A DNA stretch of 64,000 nucleotides, from positions 32,001 through 96,000 of the forward strand of contig CAWFFH010000007.1 in NCBI GenBank assembly GCA_963815095.1. Reading direction: 5' to 3'. Under the pieces are notes generated by a model that saw nothing but the letters and a program-made list of their open reading frames with translations, made no database searches and was not told where the DNA came from. The position numbers were made by a program, and so were the translations under genes. Every line of letters starts with the position of its first letter. Positions within the stretch are counted from its first letter, which is position 1. This DNA comes from Candidatus Bathyarchaeota archaeon. Its GTDB lineage: Archaea > Thermoproteota > Bathyarchaeia > Bathyarchaeales > Bathycorpusculaceae. Shown here piece after piece: positions 1 to 10,745 of this stretch.

Positions 1-1650
1 CACAAAAGAGTAGCCTTGAGGAGTATTCAACCAAAGATGAATTTCAAGTGCGTCTGCTTCGCCCAAAGAAGACCGCTTTTCAATATGATTAACATTTATG
101 AGCATTCTGGGCAGGTTGAAATATTCTGGAGGATGAATTACTGCAGAGCCAGCACTCGCATACATAACGTTAACAGGATTGCTTCGGGTGATTCTATGTT
201 TTTTGCCCGTTATGATTTTAGCCAGTATATCCTGTTCAGTAATTGATCCAGGCGGTTTAATGTCAAGAATCTTGAATTGAACACTGGTTCTTTTTTCTGC
301 ACTTAATTCTATCTCCCTCGGAAAAGGAAAGATATTGTACCCATAAGGTCCAGTTATCGACTCTAATGTTACATTAGAAGGCTCCTGAGCTTTCTCCCAC
401 ATGTCCTCTAAGGTATTGAGCATTTTTCCAACGTAATCACCAGAATTCAAATAAAATAAGTGAGGCGCACCTTTCCTCTCATTTAACGAAAAATTTTGAG
501 ATTGAAAAAGATGTTTTCCATCGATTACCGTTACTCCAACATAATTCGCAGGAACATGCTTAACTGTACTAAATTTTGAAAACAATTCTACTATCGCCGA
601 GTTTTCCCTCGCAATCGGCGCCAAAATTTTAATCAAAACCCCTCGATCAAAAAGACTCTTAAAGATATCTTGTTTCAAAGATAACTCGACAAACCCTTGA
701 GATGAAGTAAGAATAATAACTTCGTGTACGGCTTGAGTTAACTTTTCCTCATACTCTTGTTCAATTTGTTTTTGATGTATGACACCCTTCTTTTCAATTA
801 AAAATTCTCCTATAGATATCGCGACATTTTTTTCAATATCAACTGAATTACGCCAAAGCTCCTCGAAAATAGTTGTGAATGCGCCAATTATCGTCTTACA
901 GTCAGTCCAAAGACAGACATCATTTTCCTCAACCTTGGTTTTTTCGGACAAAGGCTTAATGAAGAGCAAAATTTCTTCACCATCCCTAATAACCAATGTG
1001 GGAAAATTCTTCAAAGGCAAAAAAAGACTTCTCGCTTCAATGTTCACTTGTCCCTTAGAGATTTCTTTTACTAACCTCTTGATGACATCAACATTCTTGT
1101 CTTTAGCCTCAACTAAACATCTGAATTGAACAATAGATTCGAAAGGGTAATCTTGGGCAAGCTCAAAAATTCCAAAATCATCCGCCTGTGTTAGGCCAGC
1201 GACAGAAGCTATCGTGACCAACTCCTTTTTACTCTCTTGAATCATCTTCTGAAGTTTAGAAAAAATACGATTTTTGCCTTCAAAAACCATGAATTTCTCT
1301 GAGGAATCATCCGACATCCCAACAACAATAGATTGCCAATCATGCAGAATCTGATCCTTACTCTGTTGAATCCGTCTAACCTCTTCCAATTTTGCCTTCA
1401 AATACAAATCCAAGACTTTTTCAAACGGAATCGCACTAAACTGTGCAGGATGCTCCAAAGTTACACTAACCACACCCTTACTCTGCAAGTTTTTTAAAGA
1501 AGGGTAAAGCTGCTGCTTATTCATCTTCAAGGCAAGAGAAATATCACGCCCTCTTTTGAGACCCTTCTTTGAAAGAAAAACATAGACCTGAGCATCTATA
1601 TCCGAGAATCCAAGCCCAGTTAATGTCTTAAAGACACGTTCCTCAGTCGT
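1..1650 (-). CDS. TrmB-family transcriptional regulator, large (>550 aa), 3' end outside window
   Basis: Manual translation: TTEERVFKTLTGLGFSDIDAQVYVFLSKKG...ISLALKMNKQQLYPSLKNLQSKGVV...HPAQFSAIPFEKVL, a TrmB HTH. Absent from the ORF track, consistent with no stop inside the window (frame checked by hand only at its two ends). First codon is ACG, preceded by an in-frame TAA and GAGGT/AGGTG. Confidence 0.8.
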
Positions 1651-1672
1651 TTATTTTCACCTACCTCAAGTA

Positions 1673-1700
1673 GTGGTCAGTCGAACCTCAGACTGACTAC
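1673..1700. promoter_or_regulatory. Inverted repeat GTCAGTC-N8-GACTGAC between divergent genes, putative operator
   Basis: Perfect 7-bp arms at 1676-1682 and 1691-1697, between the TrmB gene and the secreted-protein gene. Confidence 0.45.
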
Positions 1701-1749
1701 AGTTTATGACACGAATAAGTTATTTAATTTACCTAAGGAGCCAAAGTAA

Positions 1750-2595
1750 ATGAAAAGAAAATATCTCAGCTTAAGTATTCTGTTGTTATCAATCTTGGTT
1801 TTTTCGTTGGTAGCAACAGTTGGACAGACATTAGCCTCTACTAAAACCAATCATAAAAACAGCAATCTCATAATTAACGGTGGAACCGGAAGCTTGGTTT
1901 ATCTCAATCTTCCGCCATCAACCCCAACCGCTGCAGTACCAAGTCATCCTTCTGACCTTCAACTTCGATGCTATCACTTCGACAATTCGCCAATGGGTCC
2001 ATTTGATTCAATTATGGTATACCTATGGATCCCTCAAAGAAATAGTTACAATCTTGTTGCATTGATTACAGATGCCCCAAACGTTCAGCTCTTCCAGGAT
2101 TTATGGTACAAGACTTTCATTTGGTATAACACAACTGGAATTGCTAGTCCTGCATTCCTTAACGTAATTCAAGTAACCGATAAAGACCTCCAAATATGGA
2201 CAGAAAATGTAAACCAGGGACACGATGACAGAAAGGATTCAAACAATAACAATGCCAACTTTATTGTTAACTTTACAAAAACAGGTGGAGTAAAAATCAA
2301 CCTTCCATTCAACCTTTGGACAACTTCACCCACTCAGGTCTACGGAGATTTGACTTTCACACTTCCGCCATTGACGCTGAAATTCCGCCCCATTGGAGAC
2401 AGCTACACTGACTCAGGAACCAACGCCACATTACCCTCAGGATACGCGCGACAGCCAATTTCTGAAATGCGAACACCCGCATGGGTTGAAGAAACTGTCC
2501 CATTATGGCTTGGCGCTACGTCTCCCCTTGAAGTCTGTGGACACATTGACTATCACTTCAGCGAAGTCATAACTCCACCTATACCACAAGCATAG
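1750..2595 (+). CDS. Secreted hypothetical protein
   Basis: N-terminal basic + hydrophobic signal peptide; GGAG upstream; T-rich tract after the stop. Confidence 0.8.
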   Translation: MKRKYLSLSILLLSILVFSLVATVGQTLASTKTNHKNSNLIINGGTGSLVYLNLPPSTPTAAVPSHPSDLQLRCYHFDNSPMGPFDSIMVYLWIPQRNSYNLVALITDAPNVQLFQDLWYKTFIWYNTTGIASPAFLNVIQVTDKDLQIWTENVNQGHDDRKDSNNNNANFIVNFTKTGGVKINLPFNLWTTSPTQVYGDLTFTLPPLTLKFRPIGDSYTDSGTNATLPSGYARQPISEMRTPAWVEETVPLWLGATSPLEVCGHIDYHFSEVITPPIPQA

Positions 2596-2667
2596 CACAC
2601 AAAGCAAACCAACAATCTTCTTTTTTCTTTTTTTATCTAATACCAACGAGAGCGGGCATGATCTATC

Positions 2668-2973
2668 TTGGAAAGACTCGTTAAAGAACTCATAAGTTTA
2701 GGTTTAACCTCAGACGAAGCACATATCTATGTTTTTTTCGCACAAAACATTTTCGACAAGGAAAAAGTTTTAATCAAACTTGGAATTGGGGAAATAGAAT
2801 TAACAGATAACGTTCTACGGTTAATGGAAAAAGGCTTCATTAGAATTAAGCTTAGAGATTTAAACAGTGTTTCAGTGGTGCCGTTGGATATTGTTATGGA
2901 AGGGTTAATCAAAGAAAAACTAAAAGTAGTCCAAAAAATCAAAGGCGAAATCAAAGAACACAAGTTTCCTTAA
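2668..2973 (+). CDS. Short TrmB-like winged-helix protein
   Basis: LISLGLTSDEAHIYVFF...LMEKGFI...VVPLD pattern typical of the TrmB N-terminal domain. Confidence 0.65.
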   Translation: MERLVKELISLGLTSDEAHIYVFFAQNIFDKEKVLIKLGIGEIELTDNVLRLMEKGFIRIKLRDLNSVSVVPLDIVMEGLIKEKLKVVQKIKGEIKEHKFP

Positions 2974-3031
2974 TATTTGTCGATCCATGCACGCATAATC
3001 TTAAAGCAACCCCTAAAATTAATCGACATCT

Positions 3032-3160
3032 AATCAACTATTTTGTTTTACTAGCGACTGCTATTTCTTTTTGTATTTCTTCTTCAGATATCTTCAATGA
3101 TTTTTTATCCATCACTTGGAAGATCTCAGCAAATTCTTTCTTTAGGATTGAGCGCTCAAT
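3032..3160 (-). pseudogene. 3' remnant of an AbrB-type antitoxin gene
   Basis: Clear nucleotide similarity to 16401-16530 (aatcaactattttgtttt...cagatatcttcaa...ttttttatccatca...ttctttctttagg). Confidence 0.7.
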
Positions 3161-3227
3161 TGTAAATAGCGCCCTTATACTCGTTTAAGCTACAATATTT
3201 TTGCCTTTTTTGGTGGAATAAAATTCA

Positions 3228-3599
3228 ATGTGGTGCCTTTTAATTCATGACAATTATATCAAGCTAATTCTTGGTAAGCAAAAAGTCTGGGAAGTCAGGA
3301 CTCAAAAATTGTTTAATGTTGGAGAAAGGATTGCGTTGGGAAACAATTAAACTAAGCTGATTGAAGGGGTTGCGACTGTTTCGGAAGTTAAGAGAGTGAC
3401 TGTGGCAACGATGAAAAGGCATAATGATATGCATTTGGCAAACGATTTCATAACGAAGCGTTGGAACAATAGAAATTGCCTCTATGCTTTTGTTTTATCA
3501 CAGGTTACTGGAAATGTCCTTAAAGAAATGTATCCACCTTCGCATGGTAATCATAAAGTTCGTTTAATTCAAAAGTCGCTCTTCCAAGAAAAAGTTTAA
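3228..3599 (+). pseudogene. ASCH-domain protein with internal stop
   Basis: MWCLLIHDNYIKLILGKQKVWEVRT...GERIALG-TAA(3348)-TKLIEGVATV...LYAFVL, ASCH-like KxxExR motif; in frame with track ORF 3396..3599. Confidence 0.6.
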
Positions 3600-3810
3600 C
3601 TCGAGTGACATCGTAAGAACTTTACATTAATTCGTCGAACATGCTATCGGATTTCTCATTTAGTCGGTTGCAAATTCATCAATTACCTCTTCAGTGGTTT
3701 TGTCAAAACTCAAAGTATCACGCCATTTTTGCTTGCGGAATAATAATTGAAGGGCAAAGCAAGTCGAAAACTCTAATGCAGAACGCAAGTATACCGAAGC
3801 TAAAAAATAA

Positions 3811-4095
3811 TTAATTAAATTTAAAGCCCTTAGTATCTAATTCTTTCAGATAATTTTCCATTGAAAATGGACAATTAACTAAGTCTATAAATTGTTTCTT
3901 CTCAAGTTTTACTTGTATGGACATTCTATTTATTAGATAATCATCAACTTCACTACTTCCATGGCTCATTTTAGTTCTAATTGGTGTTTTTAACCCGTTA
4001 ACACAAAAAATCAAAAAGGTATGGTCGCTTTCGGATTGACAGAATCCCTTTTTCTCTAAACCTCTGATAACATCTTTCACTTTAAGGACAGTCAT
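3811..4095 (-). CDS. HicA-like toxin
   Basis: 94 aa; VKDVIRGLEKKGF...SDH...TKMSHG fits the HicA dsRBD-like pattern. Confidence 0.6.
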   Translation of the reverse strand: MTVLKVKDVIRGLEKKGFCQSESDHTFLIFCVNGLKTPIRTKMSHGSSEVDDYLINRMSIQVKLEKKQFIDLVNCPFSMENYLKELDTKGFKFN

Positions 4096-4109
4096 TTATT
4101 CAGAGCGCC

Positions 4110-4646
4110 TTATTGTCTTACATAAGCCAAAATTTTACGTTTGAGTTCTTTAGCATCACTTGTTAATTTACTATCTTCTTCTTTACCATATTCATTCAAT
4201 ACGAACAAAATTTCATCTTTAAAGTCTTTGATACAATTCTCCAGGTCGACTGCCATAGTAATGATACCTAACTCTTCATTCTGACAAACAAAACCATTCT
4301 CGTTGTTAGTAACTCTAGCAAAAATAGATTGATTAAAGGAAAGTATCTTTTCTCCGATATCGATATGGTCTAATGCGATAAAGTAAACTGATGGTATTTT
4401 TTGAATAGAACTAAGTGATGCCACTACTGCATTTGAGGAAAATACCGAAAAAGTTGTCCCAGATGTAACATACACCCCTGAAGTAGCGGATACACCGACG
4501 GAAGATTGTTGAGTAAAGTTGATTGAACCTGCATTTATTTTTTGTAATTGTGGTAATTGGAATGTTGCAAATGAAGCATTATGTTTTCCACTCAAAAATT
4601 GATGCGTTGGTTGAGTTAATTGTATGGTATTACTCATGTATTTCAA
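4110..4646 (-). CDS. Putative HicB-like antitoxin
   Basis: C-terminal GFVCQNEELGIITMAVDLENCIKDF resembles the HicB partial RNase H fold; directly upstream of the HicA-like gene. Confidence 0.5.
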   Translation of the reverse strand: MKYMSNTIQLTQPTHQFLSGKHNASFATFQLPQLQKINAGSINFTQQSSVGVSATSGVYVTSGTTFSVFSSNAVVASLSSIQKIPSVYFIALDHIDIGEKILSFNQSIFARVTNNENGFVCQNEELGIITMAVDLENCIKDFKDEILFVLNEYGKEEDSKLTSDAKELKRKILAYVRQ

Positions 4647-4923
4647 CTAAATTTAATGTTCCATTTTCTCGAATTGTTAGTTTCCATTTTGAGCCTACCT
4701 TGTAAGGAACGGTATTGGTTTTTACAAGCAATGACATTTCATTTATAGCTATTTGATTACCCATGAAGGTTCCCCTTGTTTCAGCGGGCATACGGCTAAG
4801 TATCTCAGGAGTGTTCTTAGTATAATATCCGAAAACTACTTGGTAAATGAAGTCACCCGAAACTATTTCCGTAAGTAATGTGACGCTCGTAACACAGAGT
4901 ATCTTTTCTATAGTATTAGGCAT
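4630..4923 (-). CDS. Hypothetical protein
   Basis: ORF overlapping the start of the next gene; ATG at 4923 preferred (track start 5001). Confidence 0.55.
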   Translation of the reverse strand: MPNTIEKILCVTSVTLLTEIVSGDFIYQVVFGYYTKNTPEILSRMPAETRGTFMGNQIAINEMSLLVKTNTVPYKVGSKWKLTIRENGTLNLVEIHE

Positions 4924-5052
4924 AACTAAACACTTTACAGTTATTTTATTAGACCAAAGTAACATAAATAGGTTATACCTTAAGGAGAATACTTCCACCA
5001 TAACAGACGAAAGTTTATATGAATCCCCAAACTACCGCGGACTTTACAGAAC

Positions 5053-5092
5053 CAAATAACACAGGGCTTTTATAATCATCGTAGAGATTGTA
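5053..5092 (+). repeat. Copy of the promoter-like segment at 36669-36710
   Basis: aaataacacagggcttttataatcatcgtagagattgta vs aaataacataggacttttataatcatcgaagagattgta. Confidence 0.7.
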
Positions 5093-5176
5093 TGGCATGG
5101 GTTTTTGGAGTTGTTTGGATCGCCACCTATGCCTACCCCTTACCCCTTTCACAACACACAATTTTGGGAATAGAGT

Positions 5177-5822
5177 CTATAGGGATTTGATATCGACGAA
5201 TATGTCTGTTACGCATTTGTTTAGCAAGTGTTCTTTTAAGCCAAGGCACCGATGTAGTAGCCGTATTGCGCCTTTCCATTCATCGACTGTTTTTGGCTCA
5301 TCCATGTCGGTGTCATTAAGTAAACATTAACTAGCCAAGTTCCTCATACCCGTTTTCCTTAAGAAAGTTAATGTGGGCTAATCGGTTTGCGTATTGGTAG
5401 AAGGGTTTGGTCCAGTCGTAGCTTTCTTTTACTCCGAAGTGTTTCTTTGTTTTATTGAGGCTTTTGTTGATTTTTTCGATTGATGTTGGGTTGCTTGCTT
5501 TGAGGTCTGAGATAAGCTCTGTTATGTGACTTTTAGCTTCAACTAGGAACAGTTTGCCTGAGCTACTTTTAGCTAATGCATCCCAACGGGGACCACTTGC
5601 TGGCCAGAAATCCGCGAGCTTAGACTTCAGTTGTTGAATTTCAAGAGCATAAAGAAAATCTTCGTCTTTATACTCAATATAATGATCGATTGCAAGGGGC
5701 TAGTGCCACTGTATTTCCTCATCTGTAGGTAGCGATAGGATTGTTTTGATTTGATTTTTTAGAACGTCTGTTTTTTGGTTGACCAGGAATTGAATCCATT
5801 TTTGACTGCCCTTAGTTGCCAT
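5177..5822 (-). pseudogene. PD-(D/E)XK-like nuclease pseudogene
   Basis: MATKGSQKWIQ...WH*PL...FWPASGPRWDAL...LFLVEAKSH...FYQYANRLAH...TDIFVDIKSL; in-frame TAG at 5700-5702 and a frameshift near 5330; GGAGG upstream. Confidence 0.7.
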
Positions 5823-5857
5823 TGAAGCATACCTCCTTATGAGAATTCAGTTTGAAT

Positions 5858-6457
5858 CTAATCTTTGCTGATATACCACATGAAACCATCTATGGTAGTC
5901 AGATCTTTCTTAAATTCGGCTGCAAGTTTAGTTAATGCTGCATTTATTGCCATGTAGTTCCACTCCAGCGTTACCCGTAATTGGTGGCATTTGCCCAATT
6001 TTCTTTAACGCATCCTCGCTTCTACTATTCCATACGCCGTATAAGTCAGGTTTGAAAGTGTGTAGTAATCCTGTTAGTATGTTTTTTCCTACTCCTTGGC
6101 AGTGGTGAATTCCTTGCAGCCCTTCTTTGACACTCGTTTCGATGCTGATGGATTCATCCTGTAAGTAAACTATCAAATCCCTTAGTTGTTCTGGCTCTGA
6201 TAATGCCTCTAATCCGCTTCGGTAAAGAGTTGACCAGGATTGGTTGAATCTAAAATGGAGAAAATCGCTGAAATCCTTTTTCCACTGCTCGCCTTCTTTC
6301 AATCTTTCTGGGGCAAACTTTTCACGGTATTTCGCGTAAGCCCTTTTGCGGGCAAATAGTCATAAACGTTGCTGAAGGATAATCCTTCAACTTTGATTTC
6401 TTCTAGATTATTGTAGTCTTCAAAGAGAATCTTGTAATCTAATTTGGGGGAAGACAT
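5858..6457 (-). pseudogene. Frameshifted restriction-associated / HhH-like DNA-binding protein
   Basis: GVGKNILTGLLHTFKPDLYGVWNS, continuing in another frame to DLTTIDGFMWYISKD*; 5' part also shifted. Confidence 0.5.
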
Positions 6458-6762
6458 TGCGACTCAACTCTGAATAAGTGGTATTGTTGTAAATTGCTTA
6501 TATAATTACTCAAGCGCTCTCACGACAATTTTCGACCCTACCGCTATCTCCTCTATCATCAGGAAAGTTGAATCTAAAAAGAGCTGGGAATACAACCACT
6601 GCAACCAGAGCTGCATGTGCTGTTTAGGGTAGTGTAAAGAGAATCAGAGTTTTTTTAAGAGTTGATAAATAGGTTTTGTAATCTTTGGGTTAATGGTGGA
6701 GGATTAACTTTAATTCAATTTGTGTATATTCTACTCAGACTATAGCTATACTGAGTTTGGAG

Positions 6763-7281
6763 TTATGGTATGCTGAAGTGGAGAGTAGTGAAGGTTTCTT
6801 GTCTGTAACTGTGGAGCCATATACTGTATTCTCCTGAAGGTATAGTTGTGTTAAATTCTAGAGTTAATATTTTCTCTGACGCGGCTGGTAATCTGGCTGC
6901 ATATTGAAATGTCCAGTATGGATAGCCGGGCCAGTTTGCTGGGTTATTTGTGCTATTTTGAACCTCAACTTCTTTTCCTATAATTGATGCTACGGTGTTT
7001 TGGTTGTTGTCTTTGATGTATGCGTTGTCAAACCGTATTTCTGCCATGTAGAATGATTTTGCTTTGAGTGAGAGAATGAGTGGATTTGTGGCAATTACTG
7101 AAACGTCGGTTATAGCCATTCTTTCTGGCGGCGAGCTCATTATGGGGTAGGTTGTCGCAAAAGATATAGAAAAAAGCAAGGTAACTACTAACAATGGAAT
7201 CAACGCAACTGTAAGTGCCGCAAATAGGGTTCTTTTTTTCTTTATTTTTCGCCTTTCAATGCCTAATATTCCAACCGTCAA
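6763..7281 (-). CDS. Membrane-anchored hypothetical protein, possibly 5' frameshifted (upstream ATG at 7469)
   Basis: TM segment followed by a beta-rich domain. Confidence 0.6.
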   Translation of the reverse strand: MTVGILGIERRKIKKKRTLFAALTVALIPLLVVTLLFSISFATTYPIMSSPPERMAITDVSVIATNPLILSLKAKSFYMAEIRFDNAYIKDNNQNTVASIIGKEVEVQNSTNNPANWPGYPYWTFQYAARLPAASEKILTLEFNTTIPSGEYSIWLHSYRQETFTTLHFSIP

Positions 7282-8293
7282 AAATCCTGTTCCAGCGATT
7301 AAAAAGAGGACCCAGATTTTCAGAAAAATGAAGCAGGTATTAGAGCTTCAATTGTTAAGATTTCAGCTGACAAAGTACGAGCTAAATAAAAAACCGTGAA
7401 GAAAAAAGTGAGTAAAGCAATGCCCAAAGCTGTAAGGAATCCAAAAATCAGCGTGTATGGCTTCAACATTGGTTTCAACTGTATCCTATCATAGCTGATA
7501 TAAGGTTTCTGAATCCTGGATTATCTGTATACTCGACTCCGACTATTCCTATATGATATTTTTTCTAAGCTATGCCGAACCGTGTCTACGTAGATTAGAA
7601 TCTTTTTTCCGTTTCCCTGCGGCACGTGAAATAGATGGTTGGATTACAATTTAATATACTGTGAAATGGCGCTATAGCGTTTTTCTAAAATTTAACTTTT
7701 TAAAAAAAAAGAGACCGAAAGAAGCTACAATTAAGAAGTAATCTTAATTTAACAAAATATATAAAAAAAGGAAATTTTGGATTTGAATTTTTCTATAGTC
7801 CAAATAACCCTGTAGCTTTGACGCTTATTAACCTGCCAAAGTTTTTATTGAAACCACGCCTTTTCAAGTCAAAAACCTACCAAACAAGGCAAAACATCAT
7901 CCAAAACAAGTCAAAACACGCCAAAAAACGACAAAATATGGAACCGAAAAAACCCCAAAAACAACCGCTTAACCAAAAACCACCCCAAACTAACCAATTC
8001 CAACACCCCAAAACCCCATTTACAACAGACACATTCATCATAAATTGGAACTTTCCGCCAAATTTTACCAAACAAAACATAACATTTCACACATCAAACC
8101 ACACTTTTTGTCGCACACCCTTAGTAGTCTTAAAAAGAGATTGCGTGAACAAGTTTAAGAGGAATCTTAATGGTTGATTACGTTAAACTACTTACTTCGC
8201 TTATTATAATATCGGTAACTAAAAATTTCGATTTGGTATTGAAGCGAGTGTAAGTGTGTAGACTTATCCTGTACCACCTATCTGCCGAAGATC

Positions 8294-8908
8294 TTATCCT
8301 TTTCTTCGGGCTCCACAGTTTGGGCAGAATACGGATGTTTGAGGCATTAATCCGCCACAGTAAGAGCAAGGAATCAAAACAACTTCCCTTGTAACTTCCT
8401 TCATAATCGCTGGAGAGGTTAGACTTGTCTGGGGTTTTGCGATTTGCACTTCGTATTCTTGGGTTTGAATATTTGGGCGTCCATTTGACTCGATGATTGC
8501 AAGTAACATCCATTTGACGTTATGATCGATACTGTAGAGTGTCTCTTGGGCAGCGAATGATGTGTCAATTGCGTAGTTGTACGAGCCAGTGAAGCCTTGA
8601 GGTATGGTTGAGGCGCCAAATATTTTGCAGCAAGCAGTGTATACTTCTGCTTTGTCCCAGTATTCGTTTTGTTGGGTTCCGTATTGGCTGCTCCAGGTTT
8701 TGGTTTTTTTTATGCACTCGTTGCAGCTCAAATGCACTGTTACTTGGTTGGCTACGAATTCTTCATCTGAGGTTACTTTTATTTTTCCTTTAACTTGTTC
8801 CCCAAGCAGAACCTGCGATTTGTCAGCGTACAATTCAATTTTTGCTTTGGGCGGAGTTGCCCAGGGTGGACTTAGAATGTTTGAGAGCCAATTTGGACAC
8901 ATAAGCAT
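8294..8908 (-). CDS. Arrestin/SpoOM-like domain protein with C-terminal zinc ribbon
   Basis: IELYADKSQVLLGEQVKGKIKV...VKWMLLAII arrestin-N-like sandwich; CSYCG...CPNCGAR. Confidence 0.65.
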   Translation of the reverse strand: MLMCPNWLSNILSPPWATPPKAKIELYADKSQVLLGEQVKGKIKVTSDEEFVANQVTVHLSCNECIKKTKTWSSQYGTQQNEYWDKAEVYTACCKIFGASTIPQGFTGSYNYAIDTSFAAQETLYSIDHNVKWMLLAIIESNGRPNIQTQEYEVQIAKPQTSLTSPAIMKEVTREVVLIPCSYCGGLMPQTSVFCPNCGARRKG

Positions 8909-8997
8909 CGCGCTTCTTTGGTATTATTGACTTAGGGCTTATCTTAAAAGACTTATGAATCAACAATTCCAAACTCCACTCAAACAAAGAAAACCAT

Positions 8998-9354
8998 CTA
9001 TGAAACTATGCGTATTCTTCTTTTAGTGACGATCACAAGTTGTTTTTGTACGTTTTTTAGGTTTAGCTTTAATTGGGCCTTATCAAGGGCTTGAATGATG
9101 CTTTGGGTCGTTCCCTCTTTGGTGTTGACGAGTATAACTGCAAGGTTGCGTTTGTAAAGGGTATGGTACATCTTGGCAAAGTCGACGTCTTGTGTCAGAA
9201 CCGCCATGTTGTTTTGCATTGCGAATTCCGCTATCTTCTTGTCATTTGCTCCTCGGAGGTTGGCATCCGCTAATGTTACTATTTCAAAGCCTTTCTGCTT
9301 GAGCCAATCCATAACGCGTTTTGGTATATTTTGGTCAATGAGAATTTTTGCCAA
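8998..9354 (-). CDS. DUF5615 PIN-like toxin
   Basis: KILIDQNIP...GANDKKIAEFA...VLTQDVDF. Confidence 0.85.
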   Translation of the reverse strand: MAKILIDQNIPKRVMDWLKQKGFEIVTLADANLRGANDKKIAEFAMQNNMAVLTQDVDFAKMYHTLYKRNLAVILVNTKEGTTQSIIQALDKAQLKLNLKNVQKQLVIVTKRRIRIVS

Positions 9355-9371
9355 AACGCTTTCCTCGGCTC

Positions 9372-9596
9372 TTAAACAGGAATAACTTCTTCGCGACCAA
9401 GGCATTCGGAGGCATATAAGAGGGCAGCTTTAATGTCTTCTTTTTTCAAGTCCGGGTAGTCATTTAGTATTTCGGTTTCTGTTGCCCCATTTGCCAAAAG
9501 TTGAACAATCAGTTGCACTGTAATGCGGGTACCCTTAATGACTGGTTTACCAACCATAACGTTTGGGTCTATGGTTATTCTATCCATCGGCTCCAT
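9372..9596 (-). CDS. DUF433 antitoxin
   Basis: ITIDPNVMVGKPVIKGTRITV...YPDLKKEDIKAALLYA. Confidence 0.92.
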   Translation of the reverse strand: MEPMDRITIDPNVMVGKPVIKGTRITVQLIVQLLANGATETEILNDYPDLKKEDIKAALLYASECLGREEVIPV

Positions 9597-9767
9597 TCAA
9601 ATCACCAATTTTACATCCAGCAACTTGTGGATATTTGTCTGCTCCTGGTATATGAGCATATGCACATTGCAGACCACTAAAATTAAATCAATCCTTAACC
9701 AATTAAACCAAAAGAAGGCTTCATCAAAATGCCCCCAAAGAAGCTGCCTAAAAGTGTAGTTCACCGC

Positions 9768-10070
9768 ATGGCGAAGGGTTACAGAGAATTTGCAGATGAA
9801 GATCTGAAGATAGCTAAGGATTTTGAACAGGTCGAAAACGAACTGGATGAAGAATGCGATGCATAGATAACAAGCAATCTAACCAGAAAAGACTTTCCAA
9901 CCAACGTTTTTATTAATGCAAAAGAAACAGGGCTCACCTCCGACTCCGTTGTTCTCCTCAACCAAATAAGGACGGTGGACAAAACTCGATTACAAAAGAA
10001 AATAGGGTCAGTACCTAAACTCAAAATGATAGAAGTTGATGAAGCTCTAAAAATCAGCTTAAACCTCTGA
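9768..10070 (+). pseudogene. mazF: mazEF (PemK-family) remnant: antitoxin C-terminus joined to the C-terminal half of MazF
   Basis: 9768-9866 MAKGYREFADEDLKIAKDFEQVENE; 9867-10070 ITSNLTRKDFPTNVFI...GLTSDSVVLLNQIRTVDKTRLQKKIG...EVDEALKISL*; MazF N-terminal half deleted. Confidence 0.8.
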
Positions 10071-10123
10071 CATCTTGCTTAATTGATTGTTTTTCGAGTT
10101 GTCGCTATTTCTTTTTGGAGGGA

Positions 10124-10575
10124 ATGAGGCTTGAAGAATTTACAAGGGATGTTATTGGTAGAACCAAAGACGAAATCCTGGTGGCTAATCCTTACGTTGA
10201 TAGTTGTTACCTTACGACTGCTTTGCAGGAGGCAAGAGAGAGGCGGGTGAATGTTCGAATTGTTACCAGAAGACCGACAAAAGAGAAAAGCGACATTACA
10301 AAATTGGAATGTCATGCAACTTTGAGGAAAAAAGGAGTCACCATTCATTACATTAATACTATCCACTCGAAAATTATTTTAGTGGATCGCAAAATGGCGA
10401 TTTTGTCTTCAATGAATTTGTATAGTGGTTCAGCAGGGGAGGCGTGCTTGAAGCTGGAATTGTCTCCTTTGAAAGCAAGGTTGTTGAAGCTATGACAAAA
10501 TACATTACTGATTTGCTAGAAAAAACAGAATTCCCAGGCATAACCTACTACAATAAATATTATGAACACCGCTGA
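10124..10575 (+). pseudogene. PLD-like (HKD) domain protein, frameshifted near 10435
   Basis: ILVANPY...IHSKIILVDRKMAILSSMNL; the conserved LEAGIV follows in a different frame. Confidence 0.65.
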
Positions 10576-10745
10576 TTTAAGAAAACAATCCCACTACACT
10601 TTTTCGTTGCTTTTTTTGTCATAGCTGGGTTTCCCCTATTCGATTTTTCCCAATACTGCCAATACAGTTGGCTTTTCCACCTAAACCTTTCTCAAGTTCG
10701 GATGCGACCGTTAGGCTAATTAATTCAAAAGACCGATAAAGAACT

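Noticed and set aside
16-1129. Plus-strand ORFs 16..246 and 779..1129
   Set aside because: Antisense shadows of the minus-strand TrmB gene.
5700-5702. In-frame TAG as possible pyrrolysine or readthrough
   Set aside because: The same gene also has frameshifts, and TAG is one change from TCG (Ser); ordinary decay is the simpler explanation.
7818-8177. ORFs 7818..8177 (+) and 7877..8080 (-)
   Set aside because: Low-complexity A/C-rich intergenic DNA giving compositionally biased translations with no motifs.
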